A stretch of DNA of 64,000 bases, from the IMG/VR virus record IMGVR_UViG_3300031949_000008, positions 32,001 to 96,000 of that record; one strand, given 5' to 3'. The position numbers were made by a program, and so were the translations under genes. This DNA comes from a virus. Shown here piece by piece: positions 39,620 to 48,757 of the stretch (position 1 is its first letter; every line of letters starts with the position of its first letter). A model generated the notes under the pieces. That model was not told where the DNA came from, searched no databases, and worked only from the letters and a program-made list of their open reading frames with translations.

Positions 39620-41166
39620 ATAAGTTTTAAAAGTTCTTCCATAAATTGAGAATTTGTTCCTAATTGTTTTGATAAACTTTGTGGATCTCCTATACGTTGT
39701 AATACACCAAATGATGGATTAAGAGATGATGGTATCGGAGTCAGTGGTTGTATATCAGATACTTCTCCTAATGAAGTAGATGTTCCTGCTTGTTGTTCTA
39801 ATACTGATGTTAGTGATTGTGGTTGACTTCCTAATGTAGAAGATATTGCTGGTTGTATTTCATTAGTCTTATTAAAAAAAGCTGCTTGTTGTTCTGGAGT
39901 CATTTGCCAAAGTGGTGTTGTTATTTCTTTTGAAACATTATATGCAGCATAAGGATTTGGTGGGCTTTGATACCATCCTCCCTCCATATAAGGCCACATA
40001 TTTCCCTCAAGATCTGTCTGACGTTGGGCCTCTGCTGTATATTGATTATACCCACTTTCACTATAAGTAGGATTTGCTACTGTTTGATACCAAGGAATTT
40101 TAGATGTATTTTCACCAGATAAAGTAGGACTTCCTAATAACTGTTCATGAGTACCAGCTACGGTAGTTCCATAATTCAATGCTAATCCAGATTCATTCGT
40201 GGGAGATATTCCCTCATATGGATTTCCTGTCATAGACATTAATAGATTTGAAGGAGCTTCTTTTTGATATTGTTGTTCCCACCAAGATGAAGGCAGATTT
40301 GCAACATCACCAGTTCCATATGCTCCTGTATACATACTTGCTGGACTATATGAAGTCCATCCTTGAGAAGGATCATATACCCAACCAGTTGGCCCACCTC
40401 CTGTAGTTGCTCCACGAAGTTGAGACATAGCAGTCGTTTCTTCTCCTGTATACATGCCTGTTATTTGGCCATTATTACCTTCTACATACATATTATTCAT
40501 TTTTGCTATACCATAGATATCATAATCAGTATAGCCCTGTGCTTTTAATTGTTCAACTCGTTTAGCTCCACTATTGAATATAGGTGTTATTGCCTCACCA
40601 ATTCTTTTTTGCATTTTTTCATCTCTGCTACCAAATGCTTCAAATAACATAGCAATTCCAGGCCCGATTAAAGGAATATTACTAGCATAACTAGCATATG
40701 GATTAGTGTAATTTTGACCTGCTTCCATAGTGACCATAGATTGAAAAGGAGCGATTTGAGATGCAAGACCACTAAAAGTATTTCCCACTACATTTCCTAA
40801 TACCGTTCCTAATCCTTTACCAATCAAATTTCCAGCCATACTATTAACACCTGGGGATATAGTCGCTCCTGTTCCAAGGGCAGGTATATTTAATAGTCCA
40901 CCAAGAGTACTTGATAATTGTGAAGTCATCCAAGGAAGAACAGGATTATCTCCCATTATTCCACCAGCTGATTTAAGTCCTGCTGATCCCAGTAGTCCTA
41001 ATATACCAGAAAGAGAGAGTTCAGGTGTAGTTCCACCTAAACCCAATTGAGATGCTAGAGCTTGTATTCCTGTACTACCAGCGTTCTGTCCAACATTAGA
41101 TAGAACACTATTTAAATAACTTGAAAGTGATGGTTGTGCTGTCGGAGTTGTATCTGTTATTGCCAT
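39616..41166 (-). CDS. putative internal virion protein
   Basis: 516 aa, G/S/L/Q-rich low-complexity sequence. Confidence 0.5.
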   Translation of the reverse strand: MAITDTTPTAQPSLSSYLNSVLSNVGQNAGSTGIQALASQLGLGGTTPELSLSGILGLLGSAGLKSAGGIMGDNPVLPWMTSQLSSTLGGLLNIPALGTGATISPGVNSMAGNLIGKGLGTVLGNVVGNTFSGLASQIAPFQSMVTMEAGQNYTNPYASYASNIPLIGPGIAMLFEAFGSRDEKMQKRIGEAITPIFNSGAKRVEQLKAQGYTDYDIYGIAKMNNMYVEGNNGQITGMYTGEETTAMSQLRGATTGGGPTGWVYDPSQGWTSYSPASMYTGAYGTGDVANLPSSWWEQQYQKEAPSNLLMSMTGNPYEGISPTNESGLALNYGTTVAGTHEQLLGSPTLSGENTSKIPWYQTVANPTYSESGYNQYTAEAQRQTDLEGNMWPYMEGGWYQSPPNPYAAYNVSKEITTPLWQMTPEQQAAFFNKTNEIQPAISSTLGSQPQSLTSVLEQQAGTSTSLGEVSDIQPLTPIPSSLNPSFGVLQRIGDPQSLSKQLGTNSQFMEELLKLI

Positions 41167-41181
41167 ATTATTTTATAATTT

Positions 41182-41658
41182 CTAAATCCACAGTGATCCT
41201 ACTATTGTATAAACTCGTCCTTGTATTGAATAAGGAGAATAAGCATCTAGTGTCCAACTTGCTTTCGTTGATGTGGTTATAATATCTCCATTTTTATTGT
41301 ATCTTGTACCTCCACCAGTAGCACAACTAATTGTTCCAGAAGCTTGATAACTACCAATACGATCATTCTTTTCAACCGGTATCCAGCATAACAAATCAGA
41401 ATTTAATCCTGCGTTAAGAGAATATGCTGGACTTTCTCCTATAAAAATAAAGTTAGTGCCATCATCTCTAAATATTTTTAATTTAAATACAGTTACATTT
41501 GCAACTATATAGACAGAAAATGATTTCATTATACCTCTACATTGAGAAATAGAAGCACTATAAGCATCTATAGCTGTAAATGGGCCTCCGGCTTCTCCAC
41601 GGACTATAGGATCAGAACCAAATAATTGATAAGACATATTATATTTCTGTCCATTCAA
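41182..41658 (-). CDS. putative virion beta-sandwich protein
   Basis: K.KIFR..G......GES...I.V...D.IG.Y pattern; tail module position. Confidence 0.5.
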   Translation of the reverse strand: MNGQKYNMSYQLFGSDPIVRGEAGGPFTAIDAYSASISQCRGIMKSFSVYIVANVTVFKLKIFRDDGTNFIFIGESPAYSLNAGLNSDLLCWIPVEKNDRIGSYQASGTISCATGGGTRYNKNGDIITTSTKASWTLDAYSPYSIQGRVYTIVGSLWI

Positions 41659-42724
41659 GAGTAAAGAACATTATACTAGCAGTATTTAATAAAGTATCTC
41701 CAACTGCCCCAGAGGCGGTACGACTTTTTCTCATAATTTCCCATACTGAATCATAACCAGAGAGCATTACTGATGGTGTAAAGATAAATGGAGATAAGTT
41801 TAAAGCATTAGCTGTTGTACCAGCTGACACCGCAGCTGATGATATTTCTGTCAATGCAGAATCAAATATCTGGCCGCCTGATACTCCCACACCATAAATA
41901 GTAAATACGACTCCAGCTGGAGATGCACTAGTAGTTGATGTTTTCCATCCTATTGTACCAGTCATAGCAGTCTGATTCCAACTACCTAATGTTATAGATG
42001 GAGTAAACGCCTTTGTATCATTTCCACTTGGAGCATTTATTTGACCATAGTCAAAATTAGTCCCTTCTGTTTGTGCAAAGGCCATCCAAGCAGAAGTAGG
42101 TGTTGCTCGTGATTCAAATGCACCAGCTGGAATTATTACTCTTTTAGCTCCTCCAATACTTGTAGGAGCTACATACGTTCCATCTCCTCTAAAGAAAGTA
42201 GTAATATTGCCTGGAAATTTTGGGATTAAACCATGTGCTCCAGATGTGACATTTAAATCTGTATTGTCATCCGCAGAAGCTAAATCATCTAATTTTATAG
42301 AGTCTGCTCCGCCTGATAGATGCTGTGAGGCATGTGCAGATGCAGCAAAAGCTAATGAATCTAATCCATCTAATAAATTAGAATCATTAGCATTTAAAGA
42401 ATTTGTAGCTGTTGAAGCACTTAAAGCATTCACTGCACAAGTTGCAGAAGCCACTATTGACGTAATCTCTGTTCCTGAATGTGTATGTGCGGATGAAGCA
42501 AATGCATCAAAGTCATATCCATCAACTTTATCTGCATCTAATCCCTTACCTGCTCCTTCACCTGTAAATGTTAGTCCATGTACATTAGAAGTAGCTTGTC
42601 GATGTGTCTGTACTAATAATAATTCTGAATCTGCACACACAAGCCCAGTATCAAATAATGTATATTCTGCTATACCTTGTGCGGCATATGTAGGTCGATA
42701 AATAAAAGATGCCCAATTTCCCAT
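41639..42724 (-). CDS. tail fibre-like protein
   Basis: DADKVDG / DSNLLDG, HTH, H..GG.D and FFRGDG motifs common in fibres. Confidence 0.7.
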   Translation of the reverse strand: MGNWASFIYRPTYAAQGIAEYTLFDTGLVCADSELLLVQTHRQATSNVHGLTFTGEGAGKGLDADKVDGYDFDAFASSAHTHSGTEITSIVASATCAVNALSASTATNSLNANDSNLLDGLDSLAFAASAHASQHLSGGADSIKLDDLASADDNTDLNVTSGAHGLIPKFPGNITTFFRGDGTYVAPTSIGGAKRVIIPAGAFESRATPTSAWMAFAQTEGTNFDYGQINAPSGNDTKAFTPSITLGSWNQTAMTGTIGWKTSTTSASPAGVVFTIYGVGVSGGQIFDSALTEISSAAVSAGTTANALNLSPFIFTPSVMLSGYDSVWEIMRKSRTASGAVGDTLLNTASIMFFTLEWTEI

Positions 42725-42736
42725 TAATATTAATCC

Positions 42737-42907
42737 TTATATTATTGTCCAATTAGTAATAATTTTTGGTAATGTGTCCCAAGATGTAGTTCCAACAAAC
42801 CATCCTAATACAAACCAATCTCCTACAAACCAGTCACCTGCAATAGTAGGTAACTTATCTATTTTTGTAAACCCATCTGCTGATTTGGTTACTTTTGTCC
42901 AAGCCAT
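42737..42907 (-). CDS. 56-aa Trp-rich peptide with WFV repeats (not in ORF track)
   Basis: MAWTKVTKSADGFTKIDKLPTIAGDWFVGDWFVLGWFVGTTSWDTLPKIITNWTII; TAATG-coupled to the adaptor gene and fills the gap to the next gene. Confidence 0.75.
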   Translation of the reverse strand: MAWTKVTKSADGFTKIDKLPTIAGDWFVGDWFVLGWFVGTTSWDTLPKIITNWTII

Positions 42908-43620
42908 TAATTAGCTATCTTCATTATACGTTTTATTTGTATTGGAGAAAAATCTTTATAAGTTTTCCATCTTATTAATGTATCTGCATTTTGCCTATTT
43001 TTTTCATGTTGTAATATTGCTTTTATTTCTTGTGAATATAATGTATCAAATTTTTGTGCTTTTTTATCGTCTTCTAAATAAATAGCTCCTCGTAATGTGG
43101 CACCAAATATTACAGCCTCATTATGAAATGTAGATATATAATCATATTCTACATCACTTGTCCAATCTGCTGGATTAGCATAATATCTTATTGTTAATGT
43201 ATATGTTCCATTAGGAATAGGATATAAATCAAATTCCATACCTCTATCTATATAATAATCAGGTTCATCTTGTTCACTAGAACCTATTGTAGTCAAATAT
43301 TTTGTTGTACCATCAGTACTTTGTATATCTATATCTGTACCATGAATTGAATCAAATTCATTAGTACGTAATCTTATCAACTTCTTTGTTCCAATAAATA
43401 AATTTAAATGTCCTAAATAATCAGCAGGTAATGCATAGCGGGCTATTCCTGCTGATGTGGTTGCTGTTGCTTCTGTAAATAAGTATGCGAAATCATATTT
43501 TGTTGCTATATTTCTACGAGTATCATTAATCCACGAATTAATAGATGTATCTAAATCAGTACGACCATCTAAATACTCAATAACTCTTGTACGAATTGTA
43601 CCACGATCTGAGAAAGCCAT
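42907..43620 (-). CDS. head-tail adaptor / tail tubular A-like protein
   Basis: I..WIN, Y.LP.DY, G.P.YY, LYP.P...YTL..RYY; position after the capsid gene. Confidence 0.78.
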   Translation of the reverse strand: MAFSDRGTIRTRVIEYLDGRTDLDTSINSWINDTRRNIATKYDFAYLFTEATATTSAGIARYALPADYLGHLNLFIGTKKLIRLRTNEFDSIHGTDIDIQSTDGTTKYLTTIGSSEQDEPDYYIDRGMEFDLYPIPNGTYTLTIRYYANPADWTSDVEYDYISTFHNEAVIFGATLRGAIYLEDDKKAQKFDTLYSQEIKAILQHEKNRQNADTLIRWKTYKDFSPIQIKRIMKIAN

Positions 43621-43635
43621 GTTTATTCCTCATAA

Positions 43636-43686
43636 AACGTACTTACCATATGTTAGCGGACAGTAAGTACGTTGAGACAGTCCGCT
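43636..43686 (-). promoter_or_regulatory. H-type RNA pseudoknot upstream of the adaptor RBS
   Basis: Interlaced perfect stems AGCGGAC/GTCCGCT (7 bp) and AACGTACTTAC/GTAAGTACGTT (11 bp). Confidence 0.65.
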
Positions 43687-43701
43687 TGCCTATAGGTCAA
43701 G

Positions 43702-44268
43702 TTATGTACTTGTATGCTCCATTTGTTTATGTTTTCCAATCTCAACTCCACTTTTCCCAATAAATCCACATCCAGGTACTGGGCATGTAAATACCTTTTT
43801 AGCCTTTGATGTTTCTACTTGTAACGCACTTGAGATATTAAGTTTAGCAAATAGCTGTTCAGCAAAAGCATTCAACTTGGTATCTAATTTACTATCAATA
43901 ATAGAATCTAAATCTACTACAGGATCACTTCTCTTGTCTGGTTGTATATGTGATCTTGCAGCTTGTGCTAAAGGTGATGGTGTATTAATAGTAGCTATTG
44001 CTCCAGTAACCATTTCAATAGAAGGACGAAAATATTCAGGATGGTTTGCAATCCATTCCTTTTCATCTTCTACTGGTGCAAATCTAATGTTGCAATAGTC
44101 ATGTTTCAGCATCATCGCAATAATTTCTGGATCTTCAATTTCTAGACGACCATTCATAAATTCTACTGTACGTCCAGGAATTTGTACTCGTTGTCCATTT
44201 GCGTCCAGAATGTAAAATGCTGGTTTAAGTATTACCCTCAATCGTTTATTTCTTGCCATAAATATCAT
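43702..44268 (-). CDS. hypothetical protein with C-terminal C2H2 zinc finger
   Basis: CPVPGC...GKHKQMEH; immediately downstream of the capsid region. Confidence 0.7.
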   Translation of the reverse strand: MIFMARNKRLRVILKPAFYILDANGQRVQIPGRTVEFMNGRLEIEDPEIIAMMLKHDYCNIRFAPVEDEKEWIANHPEYFRPSIEMVTGAIATINTPSPLAQAARSHIQPDKRSDPVVDLDSIIDSKLDTKLNAFAEQLFAKLNISSALQVETSKAKKVFTCPVPGCGFIGKSGVEIGKHKQMEHTST

Positions 44269-44281
44269 AATATTACTCCTT

Positions 44282-44680
44282 TCAATCGTCTATATCTTCT
44301 CTTTTAAGAAGTTTCAAGCGTTTTGACAGAGGCATGACATAGGTTTTAGGATCTTTTGCTGTAGATTTATATTGCATAAATTCTATACCTAAATCTGCTT
44401 GATCTGTTTTAATTTGTAAATAAGGCATTATTAATAATAGAAAATCTGCAGCTGCTTTATCTTTCCATTTTGCTTTATATTTACCATCTGCTCGTTTTCC
44501 TATTACTGCACCAAATTTCTGTAAAGCAGTCATAAGCTTAAAATTTGAAGCAGTTATCCATACAAATAAACAATGTTCATCTACCACTTCTTCAGGAATA
44601 ATTGTATGAATAATATTAATACTACCTATTGTATCAAAAACTCCTGCCGCATAAGCAATATCGCAATCTTTGTACTGCAT
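44282..44680 (-). CDS. free-standing degenerate LAGLIDADG protein
   Basis: YAAGVFDTIG (catalytic acidic position replaced by I); FL..I.PYL.IK..QA. Confidence 0.7.
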   Translation of the reverse strand: MQYKDCDIAYAAGVFDTIGSINIIHTIIPEEVVDEHCLFVWITASNFKLMTALQKFGAVIGKRADGKYKAKWKDKAAADFLLLIMPYLQIKTDQADLGIEFMQYKSTAKDPKTYVMPLSKRLKLLKREDIDD

Positions 44681-44698
44681 AGATTCTCCATTGAATTT

Positions 44699-44728
44699 TA
44701 TAGGGGCCGAATCTAATCAGCCCCTATA
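44699..44728. terminator. GC-rich hairpin downstream of capsid exon 3
   Basis: Minus strand TATAGGGGCTGA-TTAGAT-TCGGCCCCTATA; no clear U tail, so it may be a stabilising stem-loop. Confidence 0.5.
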
Positions 44729-44741
44729 GTTAAAGATTAAA

Positions 44742-45422
44742 CTAGATTAGCCGGTCACTCCTGTGAGCATTCCCATTTTTGTTAATGATATCTAAATTAT
44801 TGATATCATACTTGGACATTTCTGCCAAGTTCTGCATATTCAAATTATATGCAGATCGGACTGTAGCATCATCCTCTTTAATAGGAGCCTCTCGCTCAGT
44901 CTCTACGCCTGACTTCTGTCTTGGCTCGGAATTATCATCGCAGACTTTTCCCGATTTCAGAGAGGTTTTACAAGAGAAATTACTTTCTCCAGGCACGCTT
45001 TTTAAACCTGACAGTTTCTCTTTATAATATTCACGAACTAATATATCGGCTTTTGTCATTCCTCTAATATAAGCATGACAAACTTTTTCTTGATATTCAA
45101 TTGCTATTAAAGCTTGTTCATACTTTTCTTTTAGCCAAGGAAGAATAGTTTGTAAGAATTGTTTTGCATTTTCTCGTTCCACTACATAAACAAATAGTTC
45201 ACGATAACCATGTTCTTTATTTTTCTTACAACTAGTTCTTGTAACAAAACCAATATTAATAGTGTCTTTTATCCATTGCAAAAGTTTTCTATTAGCCATA
45301 GTAATTTGTATACGTAAGTAATAATGAACTTTACCAGTTTTAGCTCGTTTATTACGAACAATATATACACATCCTTCACTATCAAAAACTCCAGCAATAT
45401 AAGATAAATCTTCTTTATTCAT
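44742..45422 (-). CDS. intron-encoded LAGLIDADG homing endonuclease (intron 2)
   Basis: YIAGVFDSEGCV; the frame starts in the P1 loop and runs through the ribozyme core and past the 3' splice site. Confidence 0.85.
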   Translation of the reverse strand: MNKEDLSYIAGVFDSEGCVYIVRNKRAKTGKVHYYLRIQITMANRKLLQWIKDTINIGFVTRTSCKKNKEHGYRELFVYVVERENAKQFLQTILPWLKEKYEQALIAIEYQEKVCHAYIRGMTKADILVREYYKEKLSGLKSVPGESNFSCKTSLKSGKVCDDNSEPRQKSGVETEREAPIKEDDATVRSAYNLNMQNLAEMSKYDINNLDIINKNGNAHRSDRLI

Positions 45423-47365
45423 AAATATTATCCAGTTACTCCGGTCAATAAGGCATGCTTCTCTTCATTATGGAACTCAAAGCCGATTTCGCAAATATAC
45501 TGATCTTTTACGAAATCGTCTCCTGGATGCTGAATATCAGCTTCCATCGTTACGTCTCTATTCTGAAGATAGCGATAAACCATCTCGTCGAGTTTCAACG
45601 CAAACGCATAGCCACCATACAAAGAAGTATTCGACACAGAACCAGCGTTTTCTAGCATATAGTCCTTGATCAAATTCAAGGTTCCATGAGGAGAGAGATA
45701 CTGAGCAATTGCAATTCCGTAGGTTTTATCCTTGGAATACATCTGCAATTTGCCCTGCGCCCATTGACTAATTACGGATATGATAAGAGGAGAAGCCAAT
45801 AAATACACTTCGTCTCCACCAAATCTCGTCACTGTCCTAATGAAAGCCTCAAAATCGGATTCAGTAAGAATTCCGCCAACTGCTGTCACGTTTGTGCTGA
45901 TAAAATAATCAGCTCCACCTGACGTTCGCCGTGCGTGAGAGATAGTTGCATCTAACCCACTCGACGTGTCTTCTAACCGCTCGCCATATAAAGCCATACG
46001 CTCGATGTCTCGCATTAACTCAATACCCTTTACCTTCCGCTCATACGCACGATAATTTCCGCCGTACAATTCAGAATTTAACATCGAATTAGTCACCTCA
46101 ACGGATTTTCTAATAGTCTGTAGATAATTGAAAACACGAGCAGCTTTGCGACTCTTGGACACTAATGCAGTAGAAGCAGAACCTTCCTCAAATGCCGCAC
46201 CGATGATCACCATAGTAGAAGAATTTGCTGCACTAGCTGCAGTTGTTGCGCCATACGCTCTAATAGCCGTAACCGCACATGCTGCAGTTGCTGTAATAAG
46301 AATAACTTCACCAGTAGCAGGAATCTTAACGAGATCATACTTGTTAAAGTAGTTACCTTCGTTAGTTGCCACAGTAAAATTAGTCGCAGCAGATGTAGCA
46401 GAAGCTGCCAAAGATGACCAAGATGGATTTAAGTCGTTTTCAGGCCATTCGATTGTAGTATTAATAGCAACTCGTTTATTAAGACGAGAAACTAGAACAT
46501 ACAAAGGCAATCTGTTACTTTAAGACCTATTTCTAGGCGGATAGTTATTTCTAACTATCTCTACATATCACTATGTAGTTCGGACTATATCATCAACGAA
46601 GTATTAAAACTTTGTTGGCTTCCCGTATAGTCTCTGAGGGAGATGGTGGATTATGTTTTAAATCTAGTAATTCTTGAATTAACTTATTAAGTATTTCATC
46701 TTGATCAAGTGGTTTCCAATCAGGATCAACATTCCATCCCGTCCATCGTGATCCTTGAATCTTTTTAAAACCACCTTTATAACCAAGACTATCTCTATAT
46801 TCAATTAATTCTAAGAACTTATGTACTTGATCTCGCTTATTGTAAATGTAAGGTAAAATTCCTAAAAGAACTTTCTTACAATTTCCTTTTCCTTGTACTA
46901 CAATTGAGATTGCCCATTTTCTATTAGGTCTATTATCTTTATAAGTTCTATAATAAAACCCAATCTTATTTTCTTTATAAATTATACTAACTTTCTCAAT
47001 CATACGAGGATCAGTATTATCAATTTTAATTCTACAATAAAAGCCCTTGGTTACTAATAATTCACCAGTTTTTTTACTTAGATTCTTTCTGGTACACCAA
47101 TTAGCTTCTAATGATCCTTCTCCATCAATAATACCTGCGAGCCAAGACCACCTTATCTTCCTGCTGATTGTCTCTTCGTCCATACTTTATTCCTCCTTGG
47201 GAAATGGATATGAGATATTCCAGCATCAGGGATGCTTTATAGCCACCCATTTTACTAAGCGGCTTCTGGCTGTAAAAGATAAATTTTATCAGCCATGTCA
47301 ACGACTCTCAAGTTCGACAATATATTCTGAGAACCAGTTGCATTCGTTACCATTGTAGCTGCCAT
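44747..47365 (-). CDS. major capsid protein (SU10/DUF5309-like), spliced; exons 47365-47258, 46507-45455, 44773-44747; 395 aa
   Basis: Exon 1 MAATMVTN...IYLLQPEAA joins PLYVL; G.AFEEG, NYLQ, RDIE..ALYG, SPHG.L, E.G.E patterns; follows the scaffold gene. Confidence 0.9.
44774..45454 (-). mobile_element. group I intron 2 in the major capsid gene
   Basis: P3 CCTCTC/GAGAGG, P AAATCGGGAA, Q AATTCCGAG, R GTAGAGACTGA, S GCTACAGTCCG, P2/P9/P9.1/P9.2 hairpins, terminal G 44774; IGS GTGC pairs with exon GCAT. Confidence 0.85.
46508..47257 (-). mobile_element. group I intron 1 in the major capsid gene
   Basis: P1 GCCGCT/GGTGGC with U.G at the splice site, P TGATGCTGGAA, Q AATCAGCAGG, R TCAGAGACTATA, S GATATAGTCCG, terminal G 46508; in-frame TAG TAA directly after exon 1. 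Confidence 0.93.
46593..47183 (-). CDS. intron-encoded LAGLIDADG homing endonuclease (intron 1)
   Basis: WLAGIIDGEGS; AAGGAGG RBS inside the intron. Confidence 0.88.
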   Translation of the reverse strand: MDEETISRKIRWSWLAGIIDGEGSLEANWCTRKNLSKKTGELLVTKGFYCRIKIDNTDPRMIEKVSIIYKENKIGFYYRTYKDNRPNRKWAISIVVQGKGNCKKVLLGILPYIYNKRDQVHKFLELIEYRDSLGYKGGFKKIQGSRWTGWNVDPDWKPLDQDEILNKLIQELLDLKHNPPSPSETIREANKVLILR

Positions 47366-47406
47366 ATTTTTATTTCACCCCTTTCTTTTTTAAGTATTTT
47401 CTGGCC

Positions 47407-48399
47407 TTACCTTTTTGCTGCTGCTAAATCAAGCCCATGCAAGAAATTAGTAGAAGGAGGTCCAGATGCCATCATCTCTGCAAACATTTTTTCCTCTTCA
47501 GTCATTGGTTTATCTGTTGCAGTTGGTGTCTGCCGATCAGCCGGACTTATAGGAGTTGTCTGAGATGCTGTTAGTGTACCCGAAAGCGATCTTCGTTTTT
47601 TAATCTTCTCTGCAATCCTTTGTTCAAGTTTTGTAAGAATCTCTTCTTCTGATAATGATGGAGCTGGTACTGGATTCGTAGTAGAAAGATTTAATTCTTT
47701 CTTCATAGTATCCAACATTGCAGCTTTTCTAGCTTTGGCTTCATCGTAAACACGAGGAAGAGAAGCTATTGTATCATTAACCTTTGGATTTTCTGCAACA
47801 ATTTGACGCATTAAAGGACGTAGTTCTTCAAAGTCAGAATGATCTGCTCTAAATTTTTCTATATATTCTTTAACCGATCTACTATTGTCATATTCTACAA
47901 ATGCTTGTGGAAGCACTTGCTTCAAAATGGCATGAACGAGAGGTGGAACCATTTTTACAATGGATTCTTTTGGTCGTTCAATAATAGCCTGATCATCCAC
48001 CTCATCTAATGGATTAGATGGAGTTACTATTGTTGCATCTGTCGGAGATGTCTGAGATTTCTTTAAAAGTTCTTGAACAATAATATTCAAAGAGGCCAAT
48101 TTATCATTGGCAGCCTTTAAAGAAGATTCTAAGTCCAACGACTTAGGCGAAGATGTTACAACCTGCGTAGATTCAGGTACTACAACAGGAGGTGCCACAA
48201 TTGCAGGAACTATTGGTGTAGTTACTGCAGGTGGCAGGTTCACCGGCTCTACAGTCGGGGTGGCTGGCACAGTAGTCGGAACTAAAGCTGCTTCAGCAGC
48301 TGTGTCCTCAAACAGAGCCTGCAAATCTGCGTCGGAAATACCAAAATTACTATTTAATGTGTCATTAACTATCTGATCTAATGATTTCTTTTCAGCCAT
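47407..48399 (-). CDS. capsid scaffolding protein
   Basis: Acidic/Pro-rich N-terminus, coiled coils, F...H.DF; directly upstream of the capsid gene. Confidence 0.75.
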   Translation of the reverse strand: MAEKKSLDQIVNDTLNSNFGISDADLQALFEDTAAEAALVPTTVPATPTVEPVNLPPAVTTPIVPAIVAPPVVVPESTQVVTSSPKSLDLESSLKAANDKLASLNIIVQELLKKSQTSPTDATIVTPSNPLDEVDDQAIIERPKESIVKMVPPLVHAILKQVLPQAFVEYDNSRSVKEYIEKFRADHSDFEELRPLMRQIVAENPKVNDTIASLPRVYDEAKARKAAMLDTMKKELNLSTTNPVPAPSLSEEEILTKLEQRIAEKIKKRRSLSGTLTASQTTPISPADRQTPTATDKPMTEEEKMFAEMMASGPPSTNFLHGLDLAAAKR

Positions 48400-48418
48400 T
48401 TAATTTTCTCCTTTCATT

Positions 48419-48757
48419 CTATGCACTCTTCTTGAGTGTTTTAAATGCTTTATCTCCTTCATCAATGCGATTCTTGATGAAATTTAAGAGAGTAAAAAGT
48501 GATTTTTGTTCTGCTCTAATATCGGCTAATTGATCATTAGGAGCTTCTAAATATCTCTCCTGAGAGATCTGTCTATTAATATGTTTCTCCATAAGATCTT
48601 TCCAGCCTGGAGAATCTTTCATAGATAAATACATTGCTCCGACTTCAGCAGCTTTCCGTAATTTTACTTCTTCTTCTGTAGTAATCTCTTTATGCACAGA
48701 AGATTCTAACAATAATTCCTTACGATCCATTGTCACCTCCGTAATTAAAATTCCCAT
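48419..48757 (-). CDS. conserved small head-module protein
   Basis: SPGWK helical protein between portal and scaffold; probable start ATG 48730 after GGAGG. Confidence 0.55.
   Translation of the reverse strand: MGILITEVTMDRKELLLESSVHKEITTEEEVKLRKAAEVGAMYLSMKDSPGWKDLMEKHINRQISQERYLEAPNDQLADIRAEQKSLFTLLNFIKNRIDEGDKAFKTLKKSA

Noticed and set aside
43686-43704. Stop-codon readthrough or frameshift driven by the pseudoknot
   Set aside because: A second in-frame stop (TAA CTT GAC CTA TAG) precedes the pseudoknot, and no slippery heptamer is present.
45428-46510. 360-aa capsid ORF starting at TTG 46510
   Set aside because: The TTG is the end of intron 1; the real N-terminus is exon 1 at 47365-47258.
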